Positions 48,314 to 58,965 of a stretch of DNA of 64,000 nt are shown here, in pieces. The stretch comes from a bacterium (lineage in GTDB: Bacteria > RBG-13-61-14 > DATKZS01): the NCBI GenBank assembly GCA_963674965.2, contig CAXXFL010000006.1, positions 960,001-1,024,000 of the forward strand. The letters run 5' to 3'. The first letter of the stretch is position 1. Every line of letters starts with the position of its first letter. Both the position numbers and the translations under genes were made by a program. The notes beneath the pieces were generated by a model. That model was given only the letters and a program-made list of their open reading frames with translations, was not told the origin of the DNA and ran no database searches.

Positions 48314-51300
48314 TTATCCAGCTTGTCTAAGCTTAACCGAGACTATTTTGCTTACTCCCTTCTTCTCCATGGTCACGCCGTAGAGCGAATCGCCCAGTTC
48401 CATGGTGTTTTTGTTGTGCGTGATGATAACGAGCTGGCTGGTCTGGGCCAGTTCTTTTATTATATCCAGGAACCTGGAGACGTTCACGTCGTCGAGGGCC
48501 GCGTCGACCTCGTCGAGCAGGCAAAAGGGCGAGGGCTTGACCAGGAAGAGCCCGATGATGAGGGCGCTGGCGGTGAGTGCCTTCTCTCCGCCGGAGAGCA
48601 GGGCGATGGTGTTCATCCTCTTTCCGGGAGGCTGGACCATGATTTCGACGCCGGACTCGAGCAGGTTGTCGGGGTCGGTCAACTGGAGGAAAGCCTTTCC
48701 TCCCACGAAGAGCTTGGGAAACACCTCCTGGAACCTTTCGTTCACCTTCTCGAAGGACGATTTAAAGGCCCGCTTGTAGGCGGAGTTGATCTTCAGGATG
48801 GTCGAGTCCAGGTTTTCGAGCGCCTGGATAAGGTCGGCCTCCTGGTTGGTGAGGAAGGTGTAGCGCTCGTTGAGTTCCTCGAACTCCTCGATGGCCGTGA
48901 GGTTCACGTCGCCCATGCGGTCGAGCTTGTCCCGCGTTTCCTCCCTCAACTTCCTCTTCTCCTCGATGGGGTAATCGGGACCGACCGCGTCGCCCATGGA
49001 CTCGAGGACCTCGTCGATGGTCTTGAAGAATTTGTCGCTTACCTTTTCCGAGAGGTTTTCCATTTTCATCTTGAGTTGGGAGCGGGCGAGCTCGGTTTCC
49101 ATTTTCTGGTTCCGGACCTCGTTCAAACGGGACCGCTCGGACTTCAATACGTCCTCCTTGGCCTTCATCCCGTCCATGCGCGATCCGTAGTCCTCACGTT
49201 CCTTCTCGAGCTTTTTCTCGAGGTCAGCGGCCGAGCCCGACGAGGCCTCCCTTTTGGCGAGGGCCTTTTCCTCGTCCTCGTCCAGGAACCCGATCCTGGC
49301 CGCGATCTCCTCGATTTCCTTTTCTCTTTTCTCGACGCCCAGCTTGACCTCGCGGGCGGCCGAACCGAGGCGCTCGGAGTGCTTGTTAAGGGACTGGAGT
49401 TTTTCCACGAGCCCGGCTGACTTGACCTGGGCCGAGGTCAGCTTTTCGCCTTCCGCGTCCCTTTCCGCCCGCAGGCGGGCGAGGTTTCCCTTGCGATCGG
49501 ACAGGTCGGAGTTTACCTTTTCGAGGGCGGCCTTGTCGTTCTCGATCTCGATCAGCGCCCCTTCCGCCTCTCTCTCGACGTCCATTATGGACTCGGCCGC
49601 GGCCTCCATGTCGGTCTCGATGCCGGTCATTTCCTCGCGCATCGAGTTGTATAGGTCGGTGCCCTGTCTTAAGTCTTTCTGGTGGTTGTTCTTCTCGATT
49701 TCCAGCCGGTGGGAACGCTCTTTAAGTTGTTCCCACTGGGCGGCCAGTTCCTTGATCTTCTCGTCCGATTCCGCGAGTCTTGTCCTGGCCGAGTCGCGGG
49801 AGGAGGCCAAGTCCCGGACCTTTTGTGAAAGTTCCTCCACCTCTCTTTTCTTTTTCAGGAACCCGGAAAAGGCGTCAGCGCTTCCGCCGGCCAGGACCCC
49901 GAGACGGTCCAGCACGATGCCGTCCCTCGTGACAAGGGAGTTGGCCGCGCCGGCTTCCCTCCTGGCCCGCGCCGCGGCCTCGATGTCGTCCACCACCAGC
50001 GCGTCGCCGATAAGGGCCTTGACCACCGGCTCGAATTTCGGCTCGACGCTCACCTTCTCGGCCAGGGCCACGGCCCCCATCTCGCGGAGGGCGGGGGGCG
50101 TCTCGATCCTCGCCGCGCCGAAGCCCTCGAGGGGAGCGAAGCTCGATCTTCCCGCGCCCTCTTTCCTCAAGTAGCGGATATTGTCCAGGCCGTGCTCGTG
50201 GTCCTTGACCATGATCGTCTGCAGACGCTCGCCCAAAAGGGCCTCGAGGGCCAACTCGTAATCGGGCTCGGTCTTGATCACCTCGGTGATGAGGCTATAG
50301 GTGCCGTTCCGGCCCTCGGCCGCCAGTTTGTCCTTCCTGGCCATGATCGACTTGACGCCGTCCTGGTAGCCCTCGAAGTTCTTTTGCATCTCCTGAAGGC
50401 TCATCAGCCTCGAGAGCGCTCCCGCGTGTTCCGCCTGGAGGGACTTGAGTTCCTCGTCCAGCCGGGCCCGGGCGGACCTGGCCTCGGCCAGGACCCTCTC
50501 GGCGTTGGCCAGCTTGTCCTGATGTTCCTCGAGTTCCCTTTTGAGCTTGTAGAGCTTTTCGTTATAGGAAATATTGGCGCGGGCCCGCTCTTCCATGCCG
50601 GCCTCGACTTTTTGCTTTCTCTCCTCCAGTTTTTCGCCCCGGTCCTTAAGCTCCTCTTTCCTTCGAACGCCCCACTCGAGACGGGCCTCGAGTTTCTCGA
50701 TTTTCGCCTTCAGGCCAAGGGCGTGTTTCTCGAGCACCTCGGAGGCCTCGATCAACTCGCGATAGGCCCGGTCTTTTTCCTCCTTGGACGCGGCGGCGGC
50801 CCGGACGTCTTCCCCGGCCGAGGCGATGTCCTTTTCCAGGGCCTCCTTCTCGTCCTTCAAGGAGGCCGATTCCTCGGCGATGGATTTTTCCCTTCCTTTA
50901 AGTTCCCCTATTTCCGCCCTGACGCGCTCGAGGTCCCGGTTCATGGACTCCCTTTGATGCTTGATGGTCAAGAGGGCGTGCTCGTCCCTTTCCACCTCGC
51001 GGGACGCCTCGAGGAGGAGGGCCTGGGAGGAGGAGAGGGTCCTTTCCAACCCGATCATCTCTGCCCTTTCGCTCTCGATCTCGGACTCGGCTTTCTCGAG
51101 TCCCGACTGTATTTCCAGTTCCCGGGCCATGATATCGGCCAGGGATTTTTCGATCTTTTCGCTCTCGAGCCGGATTTCCCTGGCCCGAAAGGCCGCAATC
51201 TCGAGCTCGGTCCGTTTGAGTTCCTGCCGATACTCTTTATATCTTTCGGCCTTTTTCGCCTGCCTCCTGAGGGAGTTCATCTGCCTTTGAAGCTCGGTGG

Positions 51301-51892
51301 TAATGTCCTTTACCCGGAGGAGGTTCTGCCTGGTGGCGTCCATTTTGCGCGTGGCCTCGAGTCGTCTTACCCTGTACTTGGACACGCCGGCGGCCTCCTC
51401 GATGAGGGCCCGCCTCTGCTCGGGCTTCATGGTGACGATCTCGTCTATGCGGCCCTGGGCGATTACCGAGTAGGCCCTGGTCCCGGCGCCGCTGCCCAGG
51501 AAAAGGTCGGTAATGTCTTTTAGCCTTACGGGAACGCGGTTGATGTAATATTCGCTCTCGCCGCTCCTGAAGAGCCTCCTCGTGATCTGAATCTCGGCGC
51601 AGTCGGCGTATTCGGGAGGCGCAAGACGCTCGGCGTTGTCGAATATAAGGGTCACCTCGGCCATGCCCACGGGACCCATGTCGTCGCTTCCGTGAAAGAT
51701 GACGTCTTCCATGCTGCCGCCGCGCAAGGTCTTGGCGCTCATCTCGCCCATGGCCCATCTGATGGCGTCCACAATATTGGATTTGCCGCAACCGTTGGGA
51801 CCCACCACGCAGCTAATATGGTCCGTGAAATCCAGGACCGTGCGCTCGACGAAAGTTTTGAATCCCTGAAGCTGAATCTGTTTTAGCTTCAT
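48314..51892 (-). CDS. smc: Chromosome segregation protein SMC
   Basis: GPNGCGKSN, coiled coils with hinge, LSGGE, LLDEVDAALD. Confidence 0.97.
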   Translation of the reverse strand: MKLKQIQLQGFKTFVERTVLDFTDHISCVVGPNGCGKSNIVDAIRWAMGEMSAKTLRGGSMEDVIFHGSDDMGPVGMAEVTLIFDNAERLAPPEYADCAEIQITRRLFRSGESEYYINRVPVRLKDITDLFLGSGAGTRAYSVIAQGRIDEIVTMKPEQRRALIEEAAGVSKYRVRRLEATRKMDATRQNLLRVKDITTELQRQMNSLRRQAKKAERYKEYRQELKRTELEIAAFRAREIRLESEKIEKSLADIMARELEIQSGLEKAESEIESERAEMIGLERTLSSSQALLLEASREVERDEHALLTIKHQRESMNRDLERVRAEIGELKGREKSIAEESASLKDEKEALEKDIASAGEDVRAAAASKEEKDRAYRELIEASEVLEKHALGLKAKIEKLEARLEWGVRRKEELKDRGEKLEERKQKVEAGMEERARANISYNEKLYKLKRELEEHQDKLANAERVLAEARSARARLDEELKSLQAEHAGALSRLMSLQEMQKNFEGYQDGVKSIMARKDKLAAEGRNGTYSLITEVIKTEPDYELALEALLGERLQTIMVKDHEHGLDNIRYLRKEGAGRSSFAPLEGFGAARIETPPALREMGAVALAEKVSVEPKFEPVVKALIGDALVVDDIEAAARARREAGAANSLVTRDGIVLDRLGVLAGGSADAFSGFLKKKREVEELSQKVRDLASSRDSARTRLAESDEKIKELAAQWEQLKERSHRLEIEKNNHQKDLRQGTDLYNSMREEMTGIETDMEAAAESIMDVEREAEGALIEIENDKAALEKVNSDLSDRKGNLARLRAERDAEGEKLTSAQVKSAGLVEKLQSLNKHSERLGSAAREVKLGVEKREKEIEEIAARIGFLDEDEEKALAKREASSGSAADLEKKLEKEREDYGSRMDGMKAKEDVLKSERSRLNEVRNQKMETELARSQLKMKMENLSEKVSDKFFKTIDEVLESMGDAVGPDYPIEEKRKLREETRDKLDRMGDVNLTAIEEFEELNERYTFLTNQEADLIQALENLDSTILKINSAYKRAFKSSFEKVNERFQEVFPKLFVGGKAFLQLTDPDNLLESGVEIMVQPPGKRMNTIALLSGGEKALTASALIIGLFLVKPSPFCLLDEVDAALDDVNVSRFLDIIKELAQTSQLVIITHNKNTMELGDSLYGVTMEKKGVSKIVSVKLRQAG

Positions 51893-52241
51893 ATCTGACC
51901 ACCTTTATTTTCGAATTTAGATAAGTTTGCCCTATTCTTAACCGATTATCAAGCTAGCAAATTTAGCCGGTTTTGTCAAAGGAAAAAACCGCTTGAAACC
52001 CGATATTTTTAATAACCAACAATTTCAGTATTTTATCTTCCATAAAGTATAAAGTCAGAAGCGAAGACAAGGTCGTTTTTAATAATATAATAAAATAAAT
52101 ACAATATATTATAGTATAATTGTGATATATAACATGATTTTATTCATATAATATCTTATTATTTAAGACTATTCTATCTCATTAGTTCATTATTCATTTA
52201 TATCGGATTCACCAAATGGATGTTGCTAAAATAAGGAGAGC

Positions 52242-52287
52242 AAAAGAGAAAGAAATCGCGGACGCTGAATTTATCCAACGTCCGCGA
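52242..52287 (-). terminator. Intrinsic terminator after the hydrolase gene
   Basis: tcgcggacg/cgtccgcga stem (52256-52287) followed by a T-rich tract on the minus strand. Confidence 0.5.
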
Positions 52288-52337
52288 CCGATTAATTAAT
52301 ACTTTTAGGCGGTTTTGTACCGCCCGGCTTTTTACCG

Positions 52338-53543
52338 TTATTCGGTTTCCTGGGTCTTGGCGAGCTTGGTTTCTCCCGAGAGGAAGAAATGGACGTCGGA
52401 ATTGAACCTTTCCCTTTCCTCCATCATGGGATAATGGGAACTTCTCTGATAGATGGCCACCTGGGCGTCGGGCAGTCCCAGGGCGATATAAATCCCCTCC
52501 GTTTCCGTGGAGATGGGATCGTACAGACCGTTAATAATGAGGACCGGGACCTTGACCTGGTCCAGTTTCTCGGTCAGGTCTTTTTTTCTGGTGTTCATGA
52601 GGGCCATGTAGGTCGCGTGAGTTTCCTTTCTCATTTCCTCGGTGGTCATATAGTCGACCTTGAACTGGGCGTTTTGCTCGACGAATTCCTTGGCTTCATC
52701 GGACCAGGTCACGATGAGGTCGCGGTTATAGTCGGCGGTGGGATACTTCGCCCCCTGGGCAATGGAGACCTCGACGGCCCGCGTGGGAAGTTTTGACCAT
52801 CCGGCGAAAAGCCTTCGCATGGTGGGGGCCCAGATGACGGTTTTGGCGGCTTTTTCCTTTTGCCACCTGGAGACGAGGAAGCGCGGTCCGTTTAAAATGG
52901 AGTGTCCTCTCAGGGTCCCGCCGGAGGAGAACCCACCAAAGCTCTCGACCAGCACTATACGCTCGACCTTTTCCGGGTGCTCGATGGCGTAGTTAAGCGC
53001 GATCTGGCCGCCAATGCCGTGTCCGACTACCTTGACGTCCTTCATTTCCATGGCCTCGATAAAGCCGTCCACGTAGGTAACGAAGTCTTCCATTTTGTAG
53101 GCTATGTCGGGTTTATCGGAGGCCCCGAAGCCGGGAAGGTCCATGGCCACCACGTGGAAGTCCTCGGCCAGGGCGTCAATGTTGTAGTTCCAGGTCTCCG
53201 AGGCGCTGATGGCCCCGATATGCGCCGTGGACTGGATAAGGGGAACGTGTCCCACCAGCACGCTGGGCACGTCCAGCAGGGGCTGGGCGAAAAGGGATTT
53301 CAAACCGTTCAGGGGCACGACGCCGCCATGAATCATAAGGACGTCGGGTCCCTGCCCGGCCTCCATGTAGCTTATGTTCAGCCCGTCCACCTCGACGGTT
53401 TTAGGCTCAATGGCGTAGGGCCTGGATACCGGTTCGCTCACCTTCATCCGGTTGGTGACTTTTTTCTCGATCAAGGAATAGCAGCCGCCGCTTAAGGCCG
53501 CAACCAGAGCCAACACCATAACGATCCCCATCCCCTTCTTCAT
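52338..53543 (-). CDS. Alpha/beta hydrolase lipoprotein
   Basis: Lipobox-like SGGC; DLPGFGAS; GHGIGG at the nucleophile elbow; D and H present. Confidence 0.8.
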   Translation of the reverse strand: MKKGMGIVMVLALVAALSGGCYSLIEKKVTNRMKVSEPVSRPYAIEPKTVEVDGLNISYMEAGQGPDVLMIHGGVVPLNGLKSLFAQPLLDVPSVLVGHVPLIQSTAHIGAISASETWNYNIDALAEDFHVVAMDLPGFGASDKPDIAYKMEDFVTYVDGFIEAMEMKDVKVVGHGIGGQIALNYAIEHPEKVERIVLVESFGGFSSGGTLRGHSILNGPRFLVSRWQKEKAAKTVIWAPTMRRLFAGWSKLPTRAVEVSIAQGAKYPTADYNRDLIVTWSDEAKEFVEQNAQFKVDYMTTEEMRKETHATYMALMNTRKKDLTEKLDQVKVPVLIINGLYDPISTETEGIYIALGLPDAQVAIYQRSSHYPMMEERERFNSDVHFFLSGETKLAKTQETE

Positions 53544-53713
53544 TCTTTCCCTCCTGATAATGGCCGTTATATTCGCTATTAAGGTAAATCCCTATAACAC
53601 GATACTCGACTGGAGTAAAGTAAAAAATTAATTTTTTACCGATCGCTAATTATATTCCGGAAGCAATCTCCGCGTCAAAGTCCCCCTTTTGACGCGTAAA
53701 TAAATACAAATAC

Positions 53714-54982
53714 TCAGGGCAAAAGCCTTTTTTCCAGCGCGGCCACCGGAGCGCGCCTTCCCCCCTCGGAGGCGGTGGCCCGCCTTGTCAGCATGGTCAT
53801 GACCAGCTTTCCGATCCTGGTCATACTCAAGCTGGACAGGGTGGCCGAATCGGGGTGCCCTCCCGGCTCCTGGTCCATCCTGGCCTCCATGATCCCAAGC
53901 TCGGTAAGAGCGTAAAGAATCCTGGTCTCGACCACGGCGTGAAGATAAATATACCTGGCCAATAACACGTCCTGTTGTCCATAGTCCGAGGTGGGCCGGG
54001 GCGACCAGTCGCGGCCGGCGGGCAAGTCGGAAAGCAGGGCGGCGAACCCGTCGCGGTGTTCCATGGCCCAGTCGGAAAGGCGCCTTGGTTCCCTCGCTCC
54101 CAGGTCCCGCCAGGCTATCCGGTTCCAGGTGGCCTCCATCAGGAGGGCGAACTGGGCGTCGGGGTCCAGGTCGAGAAAACATCCCGCCAGGGCGTCGGCT
54201 TGCAGGGCGTCGCCCCTTTTAATTTTCAGGAGACCCAGAGTGAGACCCATCTGCATGAACCAGGTTATCCTGACCGACCTTTCCATGCCGGTCCTTTGCG
54301 GAATCGACTCGGGCGAGCTCATCATTTCGTTGATCTTCATGACGTCGGGCCGGGGAATGATATTTTTGGCCCTGGTCAGCTTGATGGGGCGGGACTGAAG
54401 GTAATCGAGAAAGAGGGAGAAGTCCAGGGAGGCGGGAGCGGGGTTTCTGTCAACGTTTCTCGCGATCATCCAGAGCTGGGGGTCGAGCGCGGAGCCGAAC
54501 TCGGGGGCCGGGTATCCGGGACCCAGCTCCGGACGGCCGGGATACTCCCCTTTCTCGACCAAACCCTTGCCGCCGACTTCCTCCCAAAGGTCCATCAACA
54601 AGTCTCCCCTCGAGCACGTGGATAAAATATCTTCAAGCTCCATCGCGCTCAGTCTTCCCGTGTTATAAAGGTATTCGTAGAAACGCCGGAAGGTGGAAAG
54701 GTATCCCGTGAGTTCGCGCCTCGTTCCACCCGCGTGACGAGGGTACCAGCTTCCAAGGAAGTCGCGGATGATAACGCCGTCGACCCGGTCCAGGTCGCGG
54801 GGCCATTCCTCGGCCACGTAGGCGTACATGAAAAAACGGAGCCTGTCCCCATGGGTGGATACCACCGAGCGCGGCATTCCTCCCCCCCGAAGACCCCGGA
54901 GGAAGTCCTTGATAAGTTCCTCAGATCGATACTTGTCCATTCCCTTCCCAAAGCGGCGAGCCTCATCGCCGCGGCTCGTCAC
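53714..54982 (-). CDS. Hypothetical protein with an integrase SAM-like N-terminus
   Basis: IRDFLGSWYPR...YLSTFRRFYEYL resembles a core-binding domain. Confidence 0.6.
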   Translation of the reverse strand: MTSRGDEARRFGKGMDKYRSEELIKDFLRGLRGGGMPRSVVSTHGDRLRFFMYAYVAEEWPRDLDRVDGVIIRDFLGSWYPRHAGGTRRELTGYLSTFRRFYEYLYNTGRLSAMELEDILSTCSRGDLLMDLWEEVGGKGLVEKGEYPGRPELGPGYPAPEFGSALDPQLWMIARNVDRNPAPASLDFSLFLDYLQSRPIKLTRAKNIIPRPDVMKINEMMSSPESIPQRTGMERSVRITWFMQMGLTLGLLKIKRGDALQADALAGCFLDLDPDAQFALLMEATWNRIAWRDLGAREPRRLSDWAMEHRDGFAALLSDLPAGRDWSPRPTSDYGQQDVLLARYIYLHAVVETRILYALTELGIMEARMDQEPGGHPDSATLSSLSMTRIGKLVMTMLTRRATASEGGRRAPVAALEKRLLP

Positions 54983-55056
54983 TTCCTATTTAGCACGAAG
55001 GGCCAGGACGCGCAAGTCTTTTGGCAAGGCCTTTCCATGAGGGTCGCGCGCGACGA

Positions 55057-56424
55057 TTACGAGTTGAGCTCGCCGATCTTATTCTCCATCAGGCCCTTTA
55101 TCTCCTCGAGCCTCGACTCGCTTTCCGCCTCGAAGCGCATGGAAAGCATGGGCTGGGTGTTCGAGGCCCTGACCAGGCCCCATCCGTCGGGGAAAACCAG
55201 CCTGACGCCGTCCACGTCGATGGCCTCATAGCCCTGGCTTTTGAAATAAGCGGCGGCCTCCTTGACGATCTCGAACTTGCGCTCGTCCGTGCTTTCGATC
55301 CTGATCTCGGGAGTCGAGAAGGTGCGGGGAATCTCGGAAAGAACGTCGGAGAGCTTGCGGTCGCTCCTGGACAAGAGCTCGAGGAAGCGGAGGCTCGCGT
55401 AAATGGCGTCGTCGAACCCGAAGAAGCGATGCTTGAAAAAGATATGCCCGCTCATCTCTCCGCCGAGGGCCGCGTTTTCCTCCTTCATCTTGGCCTTGAT
55501 GAGGGAGTGGCCCGCCTTCCACATAATGGGATTGCCGCCGTGGGCCTTGACGTCCTTGTACATTAGATGCGAACACTTGACCTCGCCGATGATGGAGGCG
55601 CCGGGCACCTCGGTCAGCACGGCCCGAGCCAGGAGCATGAGAATGACGTCTCCCATTACCATGTCGCCCCGGTCGTCAACTATGCCTATGCGGTCGGCGT
55701 CGCCGTCGTAGCCCAGTCCCACGTCGGCTCCCACCTCCCTGACCTTGGCGATGAGGGCCTGGCAGTTCTTCTCCACCGTGGGGTCGGGATGATGGTTGGG
55801 GAACCTGCCGTCCATGTCCGTGAACAGTTCATGGACCCGGCATCCCGCGTTGCGAAGAATGACGGGCGCGACGGGGCCCGCGGTCCCGTTGCCCGCGTCG
55901 GCCACCACGGTAAGGGGCCGATCGAGCTTAACGTGGCTCGATATCCATTCTATGTATCGGTCGGTGATTGGACTGGGAACGATCTTGCCCTGGCCGGAGA
56001 CGAAGTCATCCTTTTCGATGATCCGCTGGAAGTTCTTTATGTCCGCGCCGTGCAGGGTCTCCTTGCCCACGCTGATCTTGAACCCGTTCTGGTCGGGAGG
56101 GTTGTGCGAGCCCGAAACCTGGACCCCACCGTCCACCTCGAGGTTGAACAGGCTGAAGTAAACCATGGGCGTCGTTACCACGCCCAGGTCGTACACCTCG
56201 ATCCCGCTCTCCACCATGCCCTCCATCAGGGCCGCGCCCAGGGCGGGAGAACTGACGCGGCAGTCCTGCCCCACCGAGGCCCGCTTGCCCCCCGCCTTTA
56301 AAAGCACCCGGGCGTAGGCCCGGCCCAGCTTGCGGGCGAATTCCGCGTCGTAGTCCTTATCAACGACGCCCCTTATGTCGTACTCTCGGAATATGGCGGG
56401 ATTGAACACTATTAATTCCTCCAA
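55057..56424 (-). CDS. Phosphomannomutase/phosphoglucomutase
   Basis: FREYDIRG, SGSHNP, DGDADR, GEMSGH, VRASNTQP. Confidence 0.93.
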   Translation of the reverse strand: MEELIVFNPAIFREYDIRGVVDKDYDAEFARKLGRAYARVLLKAGGKRASVGQDCRVSSPALGAALMEGMVESGIEVYDLGVVTTPMVYFSLFNLEVDGGVQVSGSHNPPDQNGFKISVGKETLHGADIKNFQRIIEKDDFVSGQGKIVPSPITDRYIEWISSHVKLDRPLTVVADAGNGTAGPVAPVILRNAGCRVHELFTDMDGRFPNHHPDPTVEKNCQALIAKVREVGADVGLGYDGDADRIGIVDDRGDMVMGDVILMLLARAVLTEVPGASIIGEVKCSHLMYKDVKAHGGNPIMWKAGHSLIKAKMKEENAALGGEMSGHIFFKHRFFGFDDAIYASLRFLELLSRSDRKLSDVLSEIPRTFSTPEIRIESTDERKFEIVKEAAAYFKSQGYEAIDVDGVRLVFPDGWGLVRASNTQPMLSMRFEAESESRLEEIKGLMENKIGELNS

Positions 56425-56634
56425 TCTTTTTCGGTAGTATGGCGCGGGAAAGCCCGACTTGACGGCCGCCGGGTTTTCTCGAATACCAACGCCGCGCGGG
56501 ACTTGCGATCAGGCCCTACCCTAGCGATTTTACATTACCTTATAGACAAAGTCGATTAGTTTTTCATTAGCGGCTTTGGCTAAAATCTTCTCAAGCCAGA
56601 AAATAGGGGCCTATTTTATTCGATTCTCCAAGGA

Positions 56635-57132
56635 CTAGGTGGCGGCGCGGCTTTCCTTGCCGTTTTTTCCCAGGAAGGAGGCGATGGCTTCCTTGACTTT
56701 CTCGAGGTCCACGCTGGTGTTGGCGCAGGGTCCAAAAGGACGCTCGTTGGTCACGGCCAGGACCGGCTTGGGCGAGGCCATTATTCCGGCCTTGAGCTCC
56801 TGCTCGCAGGCCACGGCCACCACGGCCTCGACCCAGGACTCGAGCACCATGGCGAGGGCCAGCCGGCCGCCTCCGGCCACCCTGGGGATGACGCCGTACT
56901 CCTCGCCGATCTCGATCAGGGACTTGACCGGACAGTTTCCGCAGCGCTTGCATTGATGGACGTCCTTGACGATGTTTTGCGTACATTCGGTGTTCTGGAT
57001 GCAGCGGGGAAGCAAAAGCAGCACGCGCTCGGGCGTGATATTGAAGTTTTTGTGCCGCTTCCTGAAGTTGTTCATCCAGATGATGGCCCTGGCCACGCGG
57101 CTGCGGGCGCCGTGCTTGTCTTTATCGCTCAT
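56635..57132 (-). CDS. DUF116 family protein
   Basis: LLLPRC...C...CKRCGNC...AVACE...PC.NT. Confidence 0.8.
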   Translation of the reverse strand: MSDKDKHGARSRVARAIIWMNNFRKRHKNFNITPERVLLLLPRCIQNTECTQNIVKDVHQCKRCGNCPVKSLIEIGEEYGVIPRVAGGGRLALAMVLESWVEAVVAVACEQELKAGIMASPKPVLAVTNERPFGPCANTSVDLEKVKEAIASFLGKNGKESRAAT

Positions 57133-57270
57133 TTTTTCCCCTTCTCCGAATTGTCAGTCTCGTAAAAATAATAGCACGATTTGTTCCCCGTCAAAAGAAA
57201 AAACATATCGATAAAATTGACTGGCCACCGGAGGGAGTTTAGTTTGTATTAATGGAGGGTCTGCCCGGCC

Positions 57271-58074
57271 ATGCAGTATGAACTCTTGCAGCTCGTTTGC
57301 ATAAACGTCTGGGGTAACGCCCATATCAAGGGGGCGGTCCGTCTGGGAAACGGGGAATTCTATCCTACCAATTCCTGTTTTCTCTATTGCAGGGAGGTCC
57401 TGATAAGTACCCCTTCCTCTTTCCATCCAGACGGGGACCGCAAAGATATTAACCCGGAATCATGGATAATCGAGATGAAACGAAACGGCGTCTCCAGGCT
57501 TCAGGTCAGGCTCGGGTCCTCGGACGAACGCCTTATCGAGGACCGGCACGCGGCGGCCTTTTGTGGAGGAGGCGGATCGAGAAGGATCGAGGCCATCGGC
57601 AAAGGGGCTGTCCACGCCTGGTCTCCACGCTGGACCCTGAGCGATAGAGACGATCCGGAAGAAAGGATTTGGAAGGTTGCCTACCTGATGACTTCGACCA
57701 GTCCAAGAAGGTCCGGCCCCGATCCCAGCTCGGTTAAGGACGCCCTGCAAAGCAATCTTGGCGAGATAGAAGCATTCGCTCGAGGTCAAAAGCTCTTCAA
57801 CTTCGCCTACTGCTTCAGGAGCGCTCTCGAGGCCCTCGAGTCGGACGATCCCATCGCGCTCTCCTATTCGCCGGACATAGTCCCTCCCGGCTTTTTGGGC
57901 GTCGAGGCGAGAAGGATTTTAGTGGCCGCTCAGAAGGCCTGGGTGTTCGGGGGAATGGGGTCCTGGAACGACCTGGGCTTTGAAGGGGAGGACCAGAAAA
58001 GATACGACTGTTTATCCAGAGAGCTTTACGCCCTTTGCAACCTTGCCTTGATGGCGGCGGCCAATTCAGAATAG
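57271..58074 (+). CDS. Hypothetical protein
   Basis: 267 aa with a WVFGGMGSWND motif. Confidence 0.7.
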   Translation: MQYELLQLVCINVWGNAHIKGAVRLGNGEFYPTNSCFLYCREVLISTPSSFHPDGDRKDINPESWIIEMKRNGVSRLQVRLGSSDERLIEDRHAAAFCGGGGSRRIEAIGKGAVHAWSPRWTLSDRDDPEERIWKVAYLMTSTSPRRSGPDPSSVKDALQSNLGEIEAFARGQKLFNFAYCFRSALEALESDDPIALSYSPDIVPPGFLGVEARRILVAAQKAWVFGGMGSWNDLGFEGEDQKRYDCLSRELYALCNLALMAAANSE

Positions 58075-58093
58075 GCGCGGACCGGCGTTATGA

Positions 58094-58687
58094 TCAGGCC
58101 ACTTGCCGGTCTTGCTTTTCCTTGGCGAGGGCGGCGGTCCAATTGAGATCGAGCACGGTATGGAAGTCTCCGTCCCAGTATTTATGGGGGAAATCCCATT
58201 GTATTTCAGAGCCTCCCGACAGCTCGATCAGCCTCTCGAAAGCGCCCAGCATCTGGAAGGTATATGCGGCTATGGCCAGGGTACCGAAATCGGGACTGAT
58301 GGTGATCCTGACGCCGCGCTCGCCGTTGGCCTGGATTTGAAAGCCCTCGAAATCGAACAGGCGCCTGTAGGTTATCCTGAATTTCTCGAGGGATTTAACG
58401 GGGTCTTTCGCGTCGACGAGAAGGTTTTTGTAAATCTCGGCCAGGCTGTCCATGCTGGACCTTCCCCATAGCCTGGCCATTTCCAGGTTGCCTTTGGCCA
58501 GCTCGTGAAAGACGGCCTCGCCGCAACGCTGATAGGTATCGAGGGGGTACCATTGGGAAGGAAGAATAAGCTGATCGATGATATCACGGTCTTCCAAAGT
58601 AAGGTACTTATCCCAGTTTACATTCTTCAATTTCTTAATCATGAGAACGTATTCCAGAAACAGCGATCCCTTAACGTGTTTAGCCAT
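58094..58687 (-). CDS. DUF2378/TIGR02265-like protein (paralog 1)
   Basis: VKGSLF...ILPSQWYPLD...GAFERLIELSGG. Confidence 0.65.
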   Translation of the reverse strand: MAKHVKGSLFLEYVLMIKKLKNVNWDKYLTLEDRDIIDQLILPSQWYPLDTYQRCGEAVFHELAKGNLEMARLWGRSSMDSLAEIYKNLLVDAKDPVKSLEKFRITYRRLFDFEGFQIQANGERGVRITISPDFGTLAIAAYTFQMLGAFERLIELSGGSEIQWDFPHKYWDGDFHTVLDLNWTAALAKEKQDRQVA

Positions 58688-58965
58688 TTTATCTTGCTCC
58701 AGTTTCTTTATTTCTTTTCATAACTTGCGCCGCCGGATATCTTGCGTCCCATAAATCCACTCGATATTTGTCTTTTTTTTTCCTCCTTCAAATATTATTA
58801 GTAGCAAAAGTCGTTCCCGAACGGGGGCGGATATGAATTCTCTACCACCGCCAACCCATGGCGGCGAGAAATATCTTTTGGAGAGGGCGGAAAATAAACC
58901 TCCGCGCCCGGAGCGTAAATCGCGTCCTGGGCGCGGAAGGAGGAGGATGCCGATCATTTGTCTTT

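Noticed and set aside
51900-52337. Very AT-rich tract upstream of smc as a possible oriC
   Set aside because: No cluster of TTATCCACA DnaA boxes seen; more likely promoter DNA.
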